Source: a virus
Taxonomy: Duplodnaviria; Caudoviricetes
Reading direction: 5' to 3' (one strand)
Length of the DNA stretch: 41,266 bases
IMG/VR virus record: IMGVR_UViG_3300005077_000040
Coordinates: 1-41,266 of that record
Part shown: one piece after another, positions 22,901 to 27,247 of the stretch
Layout: every line of letters begins with the position of its first letter
Position numbering within the stretch: position 1 is the first letter of the stretch
Translations under genes and position numbers: made by a program
Notes under the pieces: model-generated
What the model saw: only the letters and a program-made list of their open reading frames with translations
Database searches by the model: none
Told to the model about the DNA's origin: nothing

Positions 22901-24355
22901 ATCGGCCCCAGCCTTACGAACATCGTGAACCTGCTTTCCAGCCATGCTTGTATGAATCGTCGCGCCAGGCAATCCCAAAAATGCCATCGGGCCAATCGCA
23001 TGAATGCCCTCATCCCAGAGCTGCTTACCAACATCACCCCACGAAATATGGCGTAGATGCTCACCGCCCTGCTCATTTTGCACAGCCTTGCCAAGCTCAA
23101 TCGTTGCCAGCTCGACGCCTTTTTGCACCACTTCTTCAGCCGTATTAACTGCAACATCCTTCCCATATTTTGTAGCAGCCCCTAAAGCCACCTTTTTAAT
23201 CGAATTGGCAAGCATCTTTGGGAACATTTTTTTCAATCCAGGCACCCAATCCAGGATCCTTCCAACTTGACTATATTCAATAGCAGCGTATGGAATGCCA
23301 CCAGCAAGCGCCAAAGGCGCCGCCATGTCATGATCAATACCCTCACTCCTCAGCGCATCGTACAGCATCCCAGCGCCCATCTTATACCACGCCGTCACCG
23401 TCCCAGCCGTCCCGCCAGCCACGGCAGCAATCGAACCCGTAACCCCTGCGCCAGGCCCCGTAACAGAGCCAGCCGCCACTCCCGCCAATCCAGCAGGCAA
23501 AGCAACCTTTTGCCCTTCATGTACACCAGCGGCAATCGGCCCCAGCATCTCAGCCGTTGCCAGTCCCGTCTCTGTAAACCAGTTCTCTCCCTTAGCGGGA
23601 TCCCTTTCTATCTCTTTTTCAAAAGCAGACTTCTCCTTTTTCCGTTGCGCATACTGGCTACTGTCAAAAATAGCGTCAAACATACCAACATCATGGTTGA
23701 ACAGCTCAATTCCTCTGCCAAGCCGCTTCCCCGCCTTCGTCTCGGCTGCCTTATCAAGCAACGTCTCATTCTCCGCTTTTGGCCAATCCTTAACAGGAAC
23801 ACCAAATTTGGACAGCCGCATTCTCGGATCAGCCGATGCTCCAGAGGTCCGCGTAGCATCATAATTCGCAACAGACAAAGCCGCGTCATGCGCCAGGCCA
23901 TCCTTCCGCAACTTCTGATACTTATCAAATATATCAGGTCTCGTCCGCGCAACCTCATTCAAAACATCCTGCTCACTCGGAGCCGCCGCCTGATCTGGCA
24001 TTAGCCCAAGCCTCCCCAGAATCCGATCCACCACCGAAGCACTCTCATACCCACCGCCAACGCCAAAGCTCCGTTCCCCAGGCCGATAACTCGCATCATG
24101 CCCCGCCAATCGTCCATCTGACATCGGCAATCCGCCATCTGCTTTTATCTTCTCCGCCTCACCTTTCACGCCTGCCGCTTGACGTCCATCTGACATCGGC
24201 AATCCGTTATCCGTTTTTTCATCCACCCACTCCCCAGGAATCCGATCCAGCGCCGCCAAATCCCTCTGATCCTTATAAATCTCCTGAACAAGCTCCTCAA
24301 AACTCGGGCTACTTCCCGCTGCGCTCTTTGGCCGATATTTTGTAATATCAATCAT
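7952..24355 (-). CDS. Large polyvalent virion/ejection protein (~5467 aa) with DarB-like N6-adenine MTase plus SF2/SNF2 helicase, HExxH zincin motifs and an LPD23-like domain
   Basis: MTase motifs YTGEGG, LEPSVGGGNF and NVPF (~19240-18920). Helicase motifs AHDVGGGKT, DEAH, TATP, GEGMDLQ and QRHGRGVR (~17055-15470). HEFAH at 13937-13951. ETGWFRGLDGKWRFEI...LFQAYPEL (LPD23-like) with HEVQH at 11096-11110. The start may be 24385 or 24355. Confidence 0.9.
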   Translation of the reverse strand: MIDITKYRPKSAAGSSPSFEELVQEIYKDQRDLAALDRIPGEWVDEKTDNGLPMSDGRQAAGVKGEAEKIKADGGLPMSDGRLAGHDASYRPGERSFGVGGGYESASVVDRILGRLGLMPDQAAAPSEQDVLNEVARTRPDIFDKYQKLRKDGLAHDAALSVANYDATRTSGASADPRMRLSKFGVPVKDWPKAENETLLDKAAETKAGKRLGRGIELFNHDVGMFDAIFDSSQYAQRKKEKSAFEKEIERDPAKGENWFTETGLATAEMLGPIAAGVHEGQKVALPAGLAGVAAGSVTGPGAGVTGSIAAVAGGTAGTVTAWYKMGAGMLYDALRSEGIDHDMAAPLALAGGIPYAAIEYSQVGRILDWVPGLKKMFPKMLANSIKKVALGAATKYGKDVAVNTAEEVVQKGVELATIELGKAVQNEQGGEHLRHISWGDVGKQLWDEGIHAIGPMAFLGLPGATIHTSMAGKQVHDVRKAGADIAERTGLDKKTAKAVGQQVLDDFVASENETDEKKKRSFAEIVLSRLTEAHQKKDGERETADGKADVGSRIADEKTKADARSQMPDEKTKADEKADAGIVGRVRNEKVEAFIVSENERLDQMEESGDYDDEYIAAMREMLHGNTWLYIANNIDAIEEMERGNDPSAADYADEKKELLALKDVVEGKAVSGQPSAVDEGRLEQEKEGVTQRREGAEEEKAKNKEPLELAEYPELKEKAISEQGLTISDVEKGKKQDERSETQENPYLRMPMDRVRQDANNGVFLAKEALKIRGESEPIKKHMPDARFVERVNEAENEETVAAVEKEFDDLLASGEYDVSGKYKMGFRKAVKQAKERLGETADDKGGKREVTGEAGGLADYGAERQPIIEKAREKFRSGLAGFGNRDTLIADRENSIRRMIDDRELAGLIEWVGNTDNSFTREFFSAYTGIALPRNQRDTIAVLREFVGKEKAAEYDAKQAAEKQAYEARKEDQKHAEMIAVVEKKKYKDNDGVVISAKELIDRELKKANYRTETYKIGAIPHVAIVVDEKGRNYSFSSRHEKQYIEYVVRNYKADARSQMADEEKKAGEKGAGEKDRGAEGLKTGDKTVDDAGGKREVRIEEGGAVKQEPIGTFADPVADPAGNWGYETVEVFEVGNPVKRPGETSGGSWNVKIVVPSPLGKDKTQVRTMHFWDKKSAQRFIDTIYKSPVIRVGDMVKTKPGSKITITGPVKVTWEQGTMLKTNITGDTQLNKVDFVKVESGADKEEQDVRRETRVVDVLMNEAQGGVELKFAEKPSADVVSEVKANGFRWSMRNKVWYKKRTEQAVRFAEGLAERLNRGSEIGEGDSGKEKDVERGAKSEKPMPDARSPMADEFSWDEALAENNLKYGDFVAKKQRNHTIEGVLIENPIKGEQPLVRVTSPSFLSQEKWDDGFKKVKTEKAESGEKSTEYGAKNVLVSQERAAELERRIREKLKNLNVGVDPEFLALGTEYAVYHIEAGTRKFVDFARKMVETFGDAIRPFLRSMYLGARHYPGLDNSGMDSERVVEGVDVETIGKESAYNETENKEKPDETGKSGRQTGTTGTEGTTSVSPGGNIEGRAGERKPGSERSDKVVRDSEFAIGAGVPGAEVSTGTEQVEGQQAAGGISEAVRGAGNEPVVPGATDIRGEKPTTEPRVVQNYSLREKESPRLTKGQRNSINSRVKEILSKQSSDLTDDDKDILRQYTGEGGLSSGTKEALNQHYTDYDTIRAIYNALEKAGFKPKTALEPSVGGGNFVGNWPELAWTTIDIDETNHKVVSALYPQGKHYHLSFEDFVDSGYDFVVSNVPFSEERGAGRLRNRPDIKTLHDFYFIHALDRVRDDGIVAFISSHYTMDKLDKKTRKEITSKADIIGAFRLPQGHFTKTAHTDVMVDIIFMQKRPDGVEARPEMAENNAAFEIVDTQENGLKINSYYNLHPENILGELVEGVDKLYGGKPMYVVEGEARLDDISVDYTPYLKEKQKEKDKQKEGGIPESYHDLQGWMEENPNVMVKQNVFLPMGKDKDGNEKYYHSVDSNFEMNILFSSGQIYVMDKYIPFNDLHNGFAKIYKPLTGELYDKIDMLNRIKNAATEFQEMGDSYDSELGIGLINDYKNQFKTPPIADKKLHGFFKMHKEMPLFNELTSTFNENFEPADVFKERVRHTGSGRKEATKDSPLIDRAIASEDNKGFIHIADADLIKDSEFQELLKNGYSVVEFGDKTVVQNDILYYSGFVYDKIKMAQAILDKWGDDGTVADKLKKQIAELERVRPDALPIDEIDFRGNETWIHPLIENKGWFTARQVPDKNKQLHWVHDDDIYEKYLNNHVLVSRKWFDDGSVEPMGSYMARMREAEEHLYEIKQSILNNVKEDAALVEQIEFVYNSKFNGYVKPNYRKAIYLIQDVLNEIEANSPIRLRKNQIEWIIKAFYEGKGINAHDVGGGKTFASIALARVLKKRGAAKKPMFVVPAKTIKKWERDIKTLFPDAKIINLGNLSKDQRTKKLFDLSNTNADYVLISHEGFAHVKLPVDDELRFINAVVLEHLDDPGIAGRKYALLLEKIERYVSAIRNMPRDTRLTFDKLGIDMLVADEAHAFKNIGIRGELNKFGLGIAFGFNASGKDETNVTIASARSYDFRFKANYIAERNNNSNVFMLTATPTPNKPMEIYTMMRHMDYQILDEYGVGDDRSFANMFFNLGTVEDPEKHKPKSILRSIINAPELRNIMDRYIDYIPMEAMPHIEVPAENQLKHFLNSSDLVAAVMADLDRRKGAVPKAFQRQPGGDTLLAIYTGGRNAAVDPRLYGGEHAGIEIDMRTFNSEDDKLEFVLDGIEAAFKENKEHGHLIFLDNSGHTQVDAGKLTENLHREIKNELTKRGFEAKQIGIMNGKEVTNPNNGNESSVSGEKKDKRKQELADLYNDGKIKVLIGTTASMGEGMDLQVKTKHIWNLDIPYTPGAFRQRHGRGVRYGNENDVVITHLMLMRGSFDNLSLNIVMHKKGWNEALWEKDVDREISTEEEMVGGAMPSSELIAIEMETDPVKKELLKLRFDYDRMQRERSNTRDMERVFNSRLSRAYNSLNQNEKYLAERQEKLANLTPDDKIKDEEKRQAQYDKSKAFLEKMIDVANKNIDSDNEKIRNIQKQVKRSADELREVTNKIAEFETTYFNEEKEISLTPAMEDEARRKFEEEGGVIQTKTVEFEGVKQKKAPKASAVEKEMGGRYRETLNPKAAITQFLRKKDTLHKNESGALTNGKWALEGKFVPKELKNIAETFDIRNRNVKYDHLYDTVVPNAVKSKYVFSFLSKSGSNNKMAVFLSDKGNYVAFPEVQVSYLQKIVPKFSLMVNDNSMGAVIMSGNEIAGFLMPSRRVADEVERIVDLREQGVQESRISHYKSKGIGTAQQVDEEWLDTATEMLHKAVGGIAVVKSTKMFDARVASLQAQGKIAKGRAPLGFYDPETNKIYIDVRRMNKDTVFHEFAHPVMNYLRVHEPELYAHGIALIKGTRYAKNAQDAGYSDYLDEALVQAIGEKGAEIHGKQKHRFLAWLKRAILRLSVAFKKLVGVPISLDEFSSMVAYRMQGRGGEFWKAGKTLFGDSEIGKGEEEKDVVDGGGEKRDVVDSGEEKRDVVDVVDRIDAGKATGKKKDRVLRSEGGYAPVYFSEAERVVERRFPKSMKAGAVRNWLVRNGVKDAELAWIDLDGFLAGKNDVSKDELLGFVARNKVTLVVEDVTRKYGKEVFDDLDDRIDLEEKKAEALQEIEYDTLAEVGSELDLNAPYYHDLFYHRGDASEDEVQADIERLGVADEDELYDLFDETYQRIYDERVDELEKRLEQEVKIRGQYEGENFISPMPYEGYREILIKLPMASTFTIGDNEEMRRLENLGNKRTAQDDAKLEDLKEKFSEDEKPTFTHGHWSDDVNVLMHVRFTERQQRRLGGADQFNLDYDNWVEGGKIGEKPSPSDYEGKDNRILLIEEVQSDWHQKGKKEGYGDNPNFDVEYYLEGLTARISTPMSSVWDVYDRDGNYLMNVDNADTEADAIGAAKEKLVKYGAKATDRHFDTVPDAPFKDEKAWSLLGFKYVLRYAAENGFDYVAWTTGVEQVRRYEDMTRRLVDRIEWYYHEDKITIHGEKNGLRVFDRDADKSELGDILGKNMAKQILDSGDKKGVIEGDSLVIGGEGMVEFYDRKLPSYFGKFVKQFGGEVSRLRIWAGRSQAEEGPPVHAIRITDAMRKTALYEGFPQFQYAGQGARTADSHTLLKAKAMERHFGPLIRRANEEKDEYNALMSKVMYGEKFSEEEAKRLDIVAESQTRRDMTIDRIRRETGWFRGLDGKWRFEIPDGAFKLRARGQGWEKADAKTSYFVGKLSDVVTHYALFQAYPELKNYKVDITIYPTMAREATNGGFNHVTKGMKVVANDAARAEEILLHEVQHAIQHIEGFARGGRVEFFLPSNFERMFSAYKKLKNRALELVVKRDKAKSDKDRRAIQGQIEKMRKRIYQLHNKLVDINTRAMGQYTMLAGEIEARDVVLRRWFDDDRRSALTPYTTDSNVVMRWEEVIVRYHENGDASFSMLTEKSPQFQYGGAAAPAMYKAMGRAKAERKPKDEHEAYPEIPSAYEKLKNDWFGERDWKTQQAWIEAQKIQERIQKSIGKKPTFGSGERFKQPLLTTWEKKWHDIDEAIHLYIDMKRNPEHREKFWDTFTDEQRRLIGLAENLTDEQKQIAEDISKLYQAIGVESMDEGVIHNVLENYVNRIYDFDDKQSDEYFRKFGTTTRHAKQRVFGTIMEAWSHGYQLKIHGATNNLAILKAEMANVIEHKRLIREGMRLTMSNGSKLFSFTQGVGSKRIDHPNFSWYTYRGSVRIDWIKVRLERIADMAAKAKTGKASGPMEKLVTVTKEALMARGMSENEATVVINKLQSATSGNEEKKKEIQRVSERIEGKNIDETKFVPKLGKNFVITADGAILRREPLYAPNDVADELNRILGQSKLKGVPSINTITNYNAAIKAMILQTSLFHHLAFSRSYLFGAALASMKNLNIISAYKKGLRAVQEMTPEIELLVRNGLTIGRIQDWDELATYYRDRTDNMMKKMLIPKAVREKIITFQERQAHSLFNRFGAGLKAYTALLEYRNLLKKEPQLSPDERAEIVANLVNDDFGGLHLQRMRTIMTGKQGRDQTVQHIFRLFALAPDWTESNIRSMVKAIKAGSAAERRAYQQFWARTMWRGIFLATVMPNVLLAYWDRDDDEDDESYVDRIVRRYKTAWDKGWLRWLEVDITPLYRLLGGGKENRAYFSTVGHFRDPIKFIFPNAPDGKFDINPFVAMHHKGSVIYRMFFEIATGRNWKGRPFTHWDELLGLDDESWAPHYKGVYKTSSAKHGFRKGDDKGGKLQFSLTKSQYEDMGWHPVGFSRMPSYLLAQARGSLPVQFQNMFSFMMGELDAFESIGKSLGFQVSVSEPNPNAVKVSDKEKKKKRLVRRKVVGR

Positions 24356-24360
24356 TTTCG

Positions 24361-25185
24361 TCACTTTCCGCCGATAGTTTTCCACTGCTGGTACGTCATA
24401 CCAGCATTTTTCTGCAACATCTGATCAACAGCCCGCTCCCACTCCCTCAGCCCCTCAGCCGTGCTTCTATCCCACGGCAAACTCTTTAAAGCATGGGCAA
24501 CAACCCCGTTTGCCGTTTCAAACTGATCCCGCAAATCCCTCGGACTAATCTCTATCCCCTGCCGCTTCATATCCTTTGCAATCGCATCAAACCTCTGCAA
24601 ATCCTGATACACCTTAACAGAATCAGCATAGCTCTTTCGCAACGACGCCATATTCTGCATCTGATCGCGGGACATCGCAGGCTGATAAATCGTATCGTTA
24701 TTCTGATAAGTCGTATCGTCATTCTGAATTTTTGATTGAACGAACCCGTCTTCCCCTGGCAATGCCGTATACTCAGGCTCCATCTCTTTCGTCGCCTTGT
24801 CAATGTCGCCGATCTTCTTTATCCATTTAGCGATCTTCTCGTCATAGCCATTCTCGGCCTTTTTGCCTTTCGGCCCAGCTCCGCCGCTTTTAATCTTCTC
24901 GATCCCACTCGCATAGCGCATTCTCAAATACCGCGCCTTCAGAGCATCCAGCTCCTGCTTCTTTCTATCACCAAAAATACTCGGCTTCCCAGGGTTATAA
25001 CGATCATACTGCAACGAATCCGCCCTCGTCACATCAGGACTCGCCAGCCGCATCAGGTTCTCATACTTACCCTTCTCATACTGCTGCTGCATCGTCTTTT
25101 CTTTATCCTCGTCTGGTTTAAACCCAGCAGGATAAAACCCCATCTTCTTTCTGTAAATCTCAGCCTGTTCCTTGCTCCAGTTCAT
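24361..25185 (-). CDS. Putative internal virion/ejection protein
   Basis: Helical, charged protein directly upstream of the polyvalent protein. GGAG RBS before ATG 25185. The function call is positional. Confidence 0.6.
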   Translation of the reverse strand: MNWSKEQAEIYRKKMGFYPAGFKPDEDKEKTMQQQYEKGKYENLMRLASPDVTRADSLQYDRYNPGKPSIFGDRKKQELDALKARYLRMRYASGIEKIKSGGAGPKGKKAENGYDEKIAKWIKKIGDIDKATKEMEPEYTALPGEDGFVQSKIQNDDTTYQNNDTIYQPAMSRDQMQNMASLRKSYADSVKVYQDLQRFDAIAKDMKRQGIEISPRDLRDQFETANGVVAHALKSLPWDRSTAEGLREWERAVDQMLQKNAGMTYQQWKTIGGK

Positions 25186-25187
25186 TC

Positions 25188-25874
25188 TTATTCTCCGCTC
25201 CATCCGCCCTGGATTGCTCGTTGAAATCGTTCGTCAAAATCTTGTGGACTCGTCGCCTGTTGAATCCACAGCCACGTTGCTTTATTATCCTTGAAATCTG
25301 GCAACACATCGTCGCTTTCCTTCCGCCCAAGATATTCAGTATACGCCTGCTCCCTGGCAGCCTGCGCGTCCTGTAACGGCTTTTGAATTTTTCCCTGAAC
25401 ATACGTCCCAGCCGCGTCCACAACCCCGCTAACCAGATTCGCGTTATTTTGCCTGTTCCATTCCTTTACTCCCTCGCTATAACTCGTTTTCGCCTCAGCA
25501 TATTGATCAGCCGCCCGTTGCTTACTTAGCTCGTTTTCCATCTCAAGCCGCTCCGTCACATCGGCAAGTTTACCCATCCGCTCCGCCTCTATCTGGTTCA
25601 TACCAGCCTGCCCAGCAATGCTCCTTTCCATCCCGCGGTTTATCAGCCGTCCCTTGTAATCAGCCCGTGCAGTCTGGGCCGCGTTCCCCGTCGCCTTAGA
25701 AACACCACCAACAATCCGACTCATAGCGTTCGGCGTATACATCCCCGTCTTCATCAGGCTTCGCAGCCTCTGGCCATACGCCGTATCATCGAACTTATCC
25801 ATCCGCCGATTCATCAACCAGTTCATCCCAGCGCCCACGCCCTGCGCCGCCGCCAAAATCGCCGCATATCCCAT
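25188..25874 (-). CDS. Putative DNA ejection (pilot-type) protein
   Basis: Gly/Ala-rich hydrophobic N-terminus (MGYAAILAAAQGVGAG) followed by a Gln/Ala coiled coil. AAGGAG RBS. Typical podovirus ejection-gene position. Confidence 0.65.
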   Translation of the reverse strand: MGYAAILAAAQGVGAGMNWLMNRRMDKFDDTAYGQRLRSLMKTGMYTPNAMSRIVGGVSKATGNAAQTARADYKGRLINRGMERSIAGQAGMNQIEAERMGKLADVTERLEMENELSKQRAADQYAEAKTSYSEGVKEWNRQNNANLVSGVVDAAGTYVQGKIQKPLQDAQAAREQAYTEYLGRKESDDVLPDFKDNKATWLWIQQATSPQDFDERFQRAIQGGWSGE

Positions 25875-25902
25875 TCAATCGCTCCTTCCACTGCTTTTTT
25901 CT

Positions 25903-26178
25903 TTAATCAATCTTCTTCTCAATCCTCTCCAGCGACGTCGCAATAAACCCATACTGCGACTCCAGAACCGCCACCCGATTATCAATCAAATGACAAAACT
26001 CCCGCTGCCTCTCAAAACTGCTCGTAACCTCATCCACCTTACGCGTCAGCCCGCCGTAAGTAATAAAAGAATAAACCCCAATCGTCGCCGACACAATAGT
26101 AATAATTAAACCCAGCATCATCGCCCACGTTTTAACAATCAACTCACCCTTAGTCCCGTTCGTTCTCACCGCCGTCAT
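25903..26178 (-). CDS. Small TM plus coiled-coil protein (holin-like?)
   Basis: One TM helix followed by RVAVLESQ...LERIEKKID. The upstream part of ORF 25903..26361 is a translated tandem repeat. Confidence 0.55.
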   Translation of the reverse strand: MTAVRTNGTKGELIVKTWAMMLGLIITIVSATIGVYSFITYGGLTRKVDEVTSSFERQREFCHLIDNRVAVLESQYGFIATSLERIEKKID

Positions 26179-26214
26179 AATCAGCCCCCAGCCTGTTTTA
26201 ATTCCCCGTTGTTT

Positions 26215-26304
26215 GTCAACCCCGTCAACTCTGTCAACTCTGTCAACCCCGTCAATCCTGTCAATCGCGTCAACTCTGTCAATCCCGTCAACCCCGTCAA
26301 TCAT
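26215..26304. repeat. Tandem 9-bp repeat array, 10 units of GTCAAYNNN
   Basis: gtcaacccc gtcaactct gtcaactct gtcaacccc gtcaatcct gtcaatcgc gtcaactct gtcaatccc gtcaacccc gtcaatcat. Confidence 0.95.
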
Positions 26305-26308
26305 CCCC

Positions 26309-27193
26309 CTACCGTCTCGGCTCCTTCGTCTTAACACCCCCAGAAGGACGGAACCGCTCATTCAAAACACTAATTTTCAAAACAACCTGATCCATCGCCG
26401 CCTTTTGCCTCGCCGCCTTATTATCCACCCCCCACGCCTCCGCCTCGGCAATATCGACAATCAGCTCATGCAAAGACGAGTTCAAATCGCACGTTGCCCC
26501 CTCAAGATGAACCATATCAAAATCATGCGTCAGAAAATAAAACTCATCCCCAGCGCCAAACTCGCTCGACGCCGCAGGCGTCACAGTGAACTCCGTATCC
26601 CCGCCATCATAATCCGTAATCACATGATAACTCCCGTGATCAACCGAATAAATCACCGCCCCATTGTAATAATCATCAGCCGTCGACAAATCCTGCCCAC
26701 TGCTCCCGCGCAAAATCGTCGTGCTCGCCACATCGCGGTCGCGCACGGTAAACGCATATCTCAGCGTCGTCGGCATCTTAAAATACCAGACATCAATCGT
26801 CGGATTCACTGTTGCACAAAGAACATAAATCGTATTCTGAAACACATAAAACATTGGATTACTATCGCTCTTGGCCAGCCACGTCTCCGTCCGCTTCAGC
26901 TCCTCAACAGGGATCGGATAGCAATACCTCCCGTTGCTCAGTTTTACTTTAAGAATCCCCTCACCACCACACAGAACAGGATGCTGCAATCCACTTAGCA
27001 CATACTTCCCGCCCGTCGCCGTCAAACTCGTCTCAATAACCTGAAGCTCCGTCAAATACTCCCTCGCCAGCATAATCGCCAGCGACTCCTGGGCGTGATT
27101 CAAAAACAAAAGTTTCTTATCTTCCCCAAAAATGACAGAATCCTCATCCTCCAACCGAATCCCAAGCAGCTCAATCATCTCCGCAACATTCAT
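26309..27193 (-). CDS. Head-tail adaptor/tail tube-like protein, paralog 2
   Basis: The N-terminal helical pattern (...FLNHAQ...), P.FYVF..IY and H.LIVD.A resemble podovirus adaptor proteins and gene 31249..31911. It has an internal DDYYNG...ITDYDG insertion. Confidence 0.55.
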   Translation of the reverse strand: MNVAEMIELLGIRLEDEDSVIFGEDKKLLFLNHAQESLAIMLAREYLTELQVIETSLTATGGKYVLSGLQHPVLCGGEGILKVKLSNGRYCYPIPVEELKRTETWLAKSDSNPMFYVFQNTIYVLCATVNPTIDVWYFKMPTTLRYAFTVRDRDVASTTILRGSSGQDLSTADDYYNGAVIYSVDHGSYHVITDYDGGDTEFTVTPAASSEFGAGDEFYFLTHDFDMVHLEGATCDLNSSLHELIVDIAEAEAWGVDNKAARQKAAMDQVVLKISVLNERFRPSGGVKTKEPRR

Positions 27194-27247
27194 CGTGCCT
27201 GCCCCATCCTTTATTTTTTTAATCTTTAAATCTTTAATTCTTAATTT

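Noticed and set aside
26215-26304. Possible CRISPR array
   Set aside because: The 9-bp units are contiguous with no unique spacers, and no cas genes are present.
26179-26361. N-terminal DGVDRVD-repeat extension of ORF 25903..26361
   Set aside because: It is the translated 9-mer array and overlaps the upstream gene.
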